A stretch of DNA of 63,575 nucleotides, filler included, from Stramenopiles sp. TOSAG23-2 (taxonomy: Eukaryota), in NCBI GenBank assembly GCA_900128395.1. It is 16 parts of 16 records of this genome, joined end to end, with 100 filler letters (N's around TTAATTAATTAA, not from the genome) between each part and the next. Parts side by side here need not be neighbours in the genome. Positions count along the whole stretch, not along the records: positions 55,758 to 59,617 come from LT651067.1; positions 59,718 to 63,575 come from LT651068.1; 14 more parts are not named here. One strand, 5' to 3'. A model generated the notes under the pieces. The model ran no database searches and was not told the DNA's origin. It saw only the letters and a program-made list of their open reading frames with translations. Each line of letters begins with the position of its first letter. The first letter of the stretch is position 1. The translations under genes and the position numbers were made by a program. Positions 57,060 through 63,575 of the stretch are shown one piece after another.

Positions 57060-58465
57060 TCAAGTTAACCCCAATACATTCATAGTAGCATCTATATCGT
57101 CTAAAGCACCCATTGTCCTAGCTTGTCCTAATCCATCGTCGCCGTGATTATCATGTATATCAGTTGTTTTATCAACAATTACTTCATCTTCATCTAATCC
57201 AAAATCAACTTTTTTAACCATTTCTTTCGTTTCTTTAATCCATTTTGATTTCTTATAATGTTCAATATCTAAAGCACCCATTGTCCTAGCTTGTCCTAAT
57301 CCATCGTCGCCGTGATTATCATGTATATCAGTTGTTTTATCAACAATTACTTCATCTTCATCTAATCCAAAATCAACTTTTTTAACCATTTCTTTCGTTT
57401 CTTTAATCCATTTTGATTTCTTATAATGTTCAATATATGCACTTGTTAAATGTATTAGCTTTTCGAATTTTTCATGAAATTTTAAATCATGACCAACAAA
57501 TTTTCGATGTGCTATTTGTGCAAATGCTTCTAAAAACTCCCCAAAATCCATTAATGTAAATCCACCTGCATCAGCTGCCAGTGCTTTTTTATTGACTTTA
57601 GAATGTATTCTTGAATGCATTTGAGCAGCGATAAATGATTCTTGTCCTTTTTGTATGGTAATATTTTCATCTATGAAATTTGTGCATTGCATAAATTGCA
57701 TCCAATCTTCCATACTCAACTGTGCTTTTAAACCACGATGTACTGGTTTAATAGCACGTTGCGCAGAGTCGCTGCGTTTTGGTCCATCCCTTCTTTTATA
57801 TTTTGCAAAGGCGAAAAATGCTATTTGCAACATCTGAATATTGCCGTTACTAAGTAAAAGATTTTGTATATCATCCGTCATTAAATGTTGTAATGGCTCT
57901 TCCCATTCTTTCATGATTTTATCAGCAACTGGTCCTAAATTTGTGTGAATAAAATAATTCATTTGTTCATATGGATCATTATCAAATTCACCTTTATATC
58001 GTACAAGACCAAGACGAACGACTGCTTCAAGAAATTCATACATAACACATTCATTTTTTCCACCATCATCTTCGACTTTGATCATCTCTTGTTTTCCATC
58101 CTTGCCTGTTCTTTTTGTTACGTTCGCTGCTATAAACAACCGGCCTTGGGTGGATTGATCGCATTTTTTAGTGGTAACATTACATGCTTTGCACATCATC
58201 AAAAATTCACTAGCACCCATTGTGAAACTATTTCCTGGCAACATGAATGCAAAATGTCTGAACAGATTTTCCAATCGTAAGTAATTTTTTGCCAATAACA
58301 CGCGTAATTTTCCTACCGTGGTTGGATCTTTGATTACATTTCCTATTTTTGATCTTTCCATATCGCTATCAAGCAGCGCTTTTACAGTCTCTTGTATATT
58401 TCCACCACGCCTTAGTCCAAACACTATCCTTTTCTTTTTTACAACTTTTTTTACTTTTTTTTTCA
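57060..58465 (-). CDS. C-terminal part of an EF-hand-like repeat protein, with an exact in-frame 168-bp duplication (57100-57436)
   Basis: MYEFLEAVVRLG and MDFGEFLEAFAQIA motifs. A 56-aa block is repeated twice. Confidence 0.7.
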
Positions 58466-59593
58466 CTGTACATATGCACCTCCGTGGACGTCCACTTTGA
58501 CCCATACGTGATCCCCTGTTTTTAATGTTTGATTAATATGATCGTATGATGTAAAATATACAGATTCGAATAAATCTTCTGGCTCTGTTAACAACTTTTT
58601 TTGTAGACTTTCGTTCCATTCTTTACTATATTGATTATTCCGTGTCGATGAATGGCCCATAGTGCCTTCTGCTGTGGACGGTCTGTTAGGAACTCTATTT
58701 TTTTTCATGCCATATTGATTTAACCTTGTATTGTTTGGGACAGTTCTATTTAGTCTATTAATTCGAGTCGAACCTTCACTTGTATGTGGACGTGTTCCGT
58801 AAGTCACAGTTTGTGATAATTGATTCAATTTATTACGTCCTTGTTCTACATTATCTTGCTGCCCTTTATTGCTGTAACGCCTTCGTCTTCTATTTAAACG
58901 TCGTTCTTCTGCAATTGTAGGACGATTATGTGATGATACTTTTTCTTGATTATTCATTTTAATGATTTGGACGTTCTGCTTTTCTTCTTCTTCTTCTGCT
59001 TCCTCCTCTTCTATCGATTTATCACTTAATTTCTGATCAAAAATCAATTGTAATGCTTTGTTGCCTTCGCTTTTATGTCGAGGGAATTTCATTCTAATTG
59101 GACTTAAATTGCCACGTTGTAATAAACCACCAACAGATGTTAAACGTTGCAGTGCTTTTCCATTTTGATACAGTCCATGCAAAGTATATCGTTCCATTTT
59201 ACCTTTGTGATTACTTGTACGTTGCAATGTATTTTTTGGAACGTACTTTAATGTTCTATCTTTACCAGCTGTTACAGGACGCTTGCCACGTACACCCGTT
59301 ACACCTAATGGGCGCAAACCAGAATGAAACGTCTCTCGTTGTCTGATCCTTCCCGAAGGAAATTCAGCTGAGTATCTACGTGCAGCGCATAACGCTAACC
59401 ACCTCATTGTTTGATTGCCTTTACCACAACATATGGGAAAAGAACATTCGTTTATATGTACAAATATTGTTATTTGTGGTTCTAAGTGTCTTTTCTTTTT
59501 CTTTTTCTTTTTTTTTCCTTTGCTAATCATGTTGTGCTTTTGTGGTATATTTACAGATTGTTTATGTACAATGATAGATCGATCCTGGTACAT
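58463..59593 (-). CDS. N-terminal part of a protein with a ubiquitin/PB1-like start; may be the same gene as 57060-58465
   Basis: IFVHINECSFPICCGKGNQTMRWLALCAARRY...GDHVWVKVD. The frame changes at ~58465 with no credible intron. Confidence 0.6.
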   Translation of the reverse strand: MYQDRSIIVHKQSVNIPQKHNMISKGKKKKKKKKRHLEPQITIFVHINECSFPICCGKGNQTMRWLALCAARRYSAEFPSGRIRQRETFHSGLRPLGVTGVRGKRPVTAGKDRTLKYVPKNTLQRTSNHKGKMERYTLHGLYQNGKALQRLTSVGGLLQRGNLSPIRMKFPRHKSEGNKALQLIFDQKLSDKSIEEEEAEEEEEKQNVQIIKMNNQEKVSSHNRPTIAEERRLNRRRRRYSNKGQQDNVEQGRNKLNQLSQTVTYGTRPHTSEGSTRINRLNRTVPNNTRLNQYGMKKNRVPNRPSTAEGTMGHSSTRNNQYSKEWNESLQKKLLTEPEDLFESVYFTSYDHINQTLKTGDHVWVKVDVHGGAYVQ

Positions 59594-59757
59594 AAAGATG
59601 AATATGTTCTTTGTAAANNNNNNNNNNNNNNNNNNNNNNNNNNNNNNNNNNNNNNNNNNNNTTAATTAATTAANNNNNNNNNNNNNNNNNNNNNNNNNNN
59701 NNNNNNNNNNNNNNNNNAAAAAAAAAGTTATGCATTAATTATACTCTCTTATATAAA

Positions 59758-59794
<37 letters not shown>

Positions 59795-60413
59795 GCATTC
59801 CTTTTTTTCTATTTTCTTTGGACTTGATTTTTACTTTACAATATTTATCACAATATGTACATTTTGTTAAAGATCTTCTTCTATTATATATATATATATA
59901 TATATGGCATACATATCTCTTTCCTATTATTCATAAGTTGTTATTCATGTGGTATCCTCCCCTTCATATGAAAATCAATAATTATACAAATTTCCTATAA
60001 TAAAAATGAAACATGTTAGTAAATGTATACATAGAAATTTTTAAATATATAGATATATATATTGTCGCACAAATATGACACAAAGCAACTTTGACTGAAA
60101 CAAAGGTGTTCTTAAGAAACGTGCAAATTATTAAATCTAATACTACAACAACCAATAAAACACTGATTATAATGTTATAATATGAAACAAATAAAAATTT
60201 TCACTATACCGACCTGTCTGGACTCAATGGTATGATAAGTGATGTCTTTCTTGCGAAAAACATCTTTCCATAGAGCAATTAGAATCATAAATGATCCAAT
60301 CGGATAAAAAGTGTATGTATATGATATGTGAGAGAAATACTTACAAAAGATATATACATGTGTGTGTGTATTTCGTTCACACATCGTCATATAGATATAT
60401 ATTGTTTTTTTTT

Positions 60414-60773
60414 TCAGATATCTTTATTTTTTTCTTTATAACCTTCTGCTGTACCAGCACCCTCTCCACGTGTGCTTTGATTTGATGGATATCCACGTCC
60501 ACCACCATAAGTTGTTTCATCTACTAAATCCATCCGGTCTAACTCCGCAACTTGCCGCTGCCCAAATGATAGTTGTTGTTCAGATGGCCCAAAAATTCTC
60601 CACAGAATTACTATGACAAATAAAACTGGTGTCGACATAGAGACAAACTCTGATGTACACATGAAACCAAAAATTTGAAAAAATTCTGTAAATGCAGTTT
60701 GCATCATACTCGTTATCAATCCCATCTTGGCAAAATAAAAATGTACTTGCTTTGATAAATTATTTTCTATTCC
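60414..60773 (-). CDS. Possible exon or fragment of a membrane protein
   Basis: Hydrophobic segments. The frame extends up to an AG at 60775-60774. Confidence 0.35.
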   Translation of the reverse strand, partial: GIENNLSKQVHFYFAKMGLITSMMQTAFTEFFQIFGFMCTSEFVSMSTPVLFVIVILWRIFGPSEQQLSFGQRQVAELDRMDLVDETTYGGGRGYPSNQSTRGEGAGTAEGYKEKNKDI

Positions 60774-61285
60774 CTAATTTCATCAATTCGATACACCATA
60801 GATACATAGATACATATACACATATATATGCAGTATGTGTGATAGTCTACAGTATACCTGGTATAGATATTGTGGCACTACCGCCACCAGGTATTCATAT
60901 ATATACCTTATTATTTATAGAATCAATTTAAATTGCAAAATGCTAGTATACAGGCATAACCACTAACATTAACAATTTCTACTCCTATCAAAATTTTATC
61001 TATTTCCTATGTAATATATATATTCTACTAAGTACAAATATGTCTATCACAATAGCATATACACAGCATTAATACATCCAGGTGGTAGCTCTTATCATTC
61101 ATGTGCCGTTTTATTAGATATTTATGGCTCCATTTTCTCACTCCAACTCTCGTTCGCTTTTCTTCTGTCTAATACCAAATATACAGTTATATATTTACTG
61201 GTATATCGCTATATAGTCGTTATGCAGGCAAAAGAGAATAAAGCAAGCGAGAGAGAGAGAGAGAGAGAATATATAGATGTAAAAC

Positions 61286-62570
61286 ATGACAAATACAATA
61301 TCAACAATAAAAAATAATGGAAGGCCACGGCGTGATAGTATGGATAAATTATCAGAAGCAGAAAAAATACAAGTCATTTGGAGAATGAAAAAAGTATATT
61401 ATTTATCTATGTTCTCAATGAGTTTCATGATGCAGCCACGTATGCAAGTATATTTAGCATCGTTAAATGCAGTTGAATATGCGAGGATGATGGCGAATAG
61501 TGTTATGGGGATGTTTGGTATACAAATTATGTTAAATCCTGTGTTGTCTAAGCTTACAGATGTTTGGGGTAGAAAATATTTATTACAATTAGGTTCAACA
61601 GCATCTTTTTTACTTCGAACTTTCGATTTTCTATCACCAAATATAAATTCATTTTTTTATAGTACAATGTTAGGTTCGATTTCAATGATGTACTCTACTG
61701 GTGTAACATTATCTATTACAGACTTGTTCAAGAACGATCCAACACGTGTAGCTATTGAAGTTGGAAAGTTAAGCATGGGGTTTATATTAAGCTCCATTTT
61801 TTGCCCAATACCTAGTGCATGGTTGACAAGCAAAAATGTTAGGTATGGAATTGGTGTTAGTTGGGTTTTAGCTTTATTACAGCTTTATTTCACGCAAGAT
61901 TTAGAAGAAACCTTGCCAGATGAAAAACGTATACCAGTATCTGGCGTTACTTTCAATAAAGTGAATCCATTAAGCTTCATTAATTTATTTCTCAATGGTT
62001 ACAAACTAGCTGCATTGTCCATCATGGAAGGTTTGACATACATGGTGAAGACAAGTGCTTCTTCAAGAATGGCTTCTTTATCCCAACAACAGTTATTTGC
62101 AAAAAAATTTGATTGGAATTATACAAAACAAACAACGCTTGATACTTGGGGATTTTTTTGTAAAATTTTTGGTTTTGTCTATAACAGAAAAATCATACAA
62201 AGTTTTGGTTTGAAAAAATCGTTATATTATGGCTATTTGCTTGATATGATAAAATGTGTTTCCGACTGGTATAGCGCAACACCGTTTCAATATGGGGTGA
62301 ATTCAATATTATTTGGTGCTCAAGCAGTTGCCAATACATCGGTAAATGCATTATTACGGAAGGAGGGTAAAAGACTTGGAATTGATCGTAATTCGCTTCA
62401 GCAATATTTATCAACATTAGGATTTGTATCAATGTTTTTATGCCAACGATTATGGAGTAATGTATATACTCGTGCTGCATCATCAGGTGATATAAGGAAT
62501 TTTTTTATTGCATTAAGTGTCATTCCATTTGTAAATATGGTATTAGCAAAAATGATATTGAATGAAGAAG
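61286..62570 (+). CDS. Major facilitator superfamily transporter (TetA/DHA1-like); tail probably chimeric
   Basis: Motif A SKLTDVWGRK, central loop ETLPDEKR...NPLSF, and about 12 TM segments. Confidence 0.85.
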
Positions 62571-63015
62571 CACCACCACCAATCCCACCGATATTTTCAT
62601 CCATTAAATCCCCTTGCTCCGGTATAGTTTTGGTCAATTCAACTCTATCCTGATGAGTTGTCATAGTCATTTTTAATTGTAATGGCTGTGTTGCTATGAT
62701 CGCTTCATGTCTTTTCAAATATGCATGTACTAAACGACTGTTTCCTAATTGTAAACGACAACGTGTTGTTTGGCGAGTACTATTTAATGGCATTGACTCT
62801 TTTTCTACATTTTTGCGAAACAAGCCACCTAAACCAGTTGCTGGATTGGAACCATCACCAACAACACTACCAGCGACGCTCCCAGTGCTATTTTTTTTCT
62901 TTAACCCACCAAAATTAGAAGAATTGCGATTTTTTTTCCTACGATTGCTTCCTCGTTTCATCGAATTTCTAGAGCCTAGGCCACCACTGCTACGTCTGGA
63001 AACACCTAATTTAGC
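62570..63015 (-). CDS. Fragment of an unidentified R/S/G-rich protein
   Basis: Protein-like reading frame that runs into the antisense of the MFS gene. Confidence 0.4.
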
Positions 63016-63065
63016 ACTATATATACATCATATAGATATTAATTAAAAACTAATATAATATTACA

Positions 63066-63254
63066 ACTACAAAGGATTTAGCAAAAGCATTGGCAAAACA
63101 ATGTGTCGTATTTAATTGTTCTGATGGTTTAGACTATCAACAAATGGGTAAATTTTTTAAAGGTCTTGCTTCATGCGGTGCATGGGCATGTTTTGATGAA
63201 TTTAATAGAATTGAAGTTGAAGTATTGTCTGTTGTTGCTCAACAAATTATTACA
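63066..63254 (+). CDS. Isolated fragment of an axonemal dynein heavy chain AAA1 domain
   Basis: [24 protein letters not shown]...[24 protein letters not shown]. Confidence 0.9.
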
Positions 63255-63575
63255 TGGAGATTAAACGTCAGCATAGTATTTTAGCATTATTTCGAGACAG
63301 AGCAATGTCTCCAATCGTTGCCTCACCAGCCATATCTCGTACTCCAATCGTGAAAAAATATGGTAAGAAGCCAACCGTACCAAAGGTGAGAGTAAAACCT
63401 AGAAATAGTCCCTCTGCATTGTTTGAAAGGAAGATGAATGTGGTGTATGTTTAATTTTTTTGAGAATTTGAGATTTCGGCAAGAAATTGACACCAAAATT
63501 GGTATTTCATGTTAGTATTGCTATTCTAAAAATGTATTTTTACCTATCACTAGTACGAAACACGAAACACCCAAC

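Noticed and set aside
58440-58505. Programmed frameshift between the 376-aa and 481-aa ORFs at an A-run
   Set aside because: A homopolymer error or deletion chimera is simpler, and I see no stimulatory structure.
60765-60777. TTCTATTCCCTAA, matching 13 nt of intron I2
   Set aside because: No other family blocks nearby, and it overlaps a probable minus-strand exon boundary.
1-63575. Alternative genetic code, tRNA/rRNA genes, transposase or viral hallmark genes
   Set aside because: Conserved proteins translate intact with the standard code and end in TAA, TAG or TGA. I recognised no RNA genes or such hallmarks by eye.

Overview
This is not a contiguous locus. It is 16 eukaryotic contigs of 3,902 down to 3,858 bp, sorted by length and joined by artificial 100-nt spacers (N44-TTAATTAATTAA-N44), so gene neighbourhoods only mean something within a contig. 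The DNA is AT-rich and intron-poor, uses the standard code and has GT-AG introns. Gene content (axonemal dynein fragment, Ric-8, 7TM-kinase-like and TM-LRR-LNR proteins) suggests a flagellated heterotrophic protist, probably a stramenopile (inference). Frequent fold-back and fusion junctions and short tandem duplications suggest whole-genome amplification chimeras. Recognisable genes: two paralogous SDRs, Csl4, an APS kinase fragment, ABCF/GCN20, Ctf4, a rhomboid fragment, Ric-8, nuclear nad7, a DHHC acyltransferase, a DAO/sarcosine-oxidase-like enzyme, a 2OG-Fe(II) oxygenase and an MFS transporter. Best leads: (1) an NLR-like protein fusing a caspase-like CHAT protease, a Schlafen/UvrD-type SF1 helicase and a highly internally conserved LRR array that varies mainly at ligand-facing positions; (2) three homologous 79-83 nt introns at non-homologous sites in three genes (Introner-like), with the same contigs also sharing a conserved ~80-110 nt 3' non-coding element; (3) nad7 in the nucleus with an added presequence; (4) a large Kelch/SRCR protein built on a Cys repeat I do not recognise.
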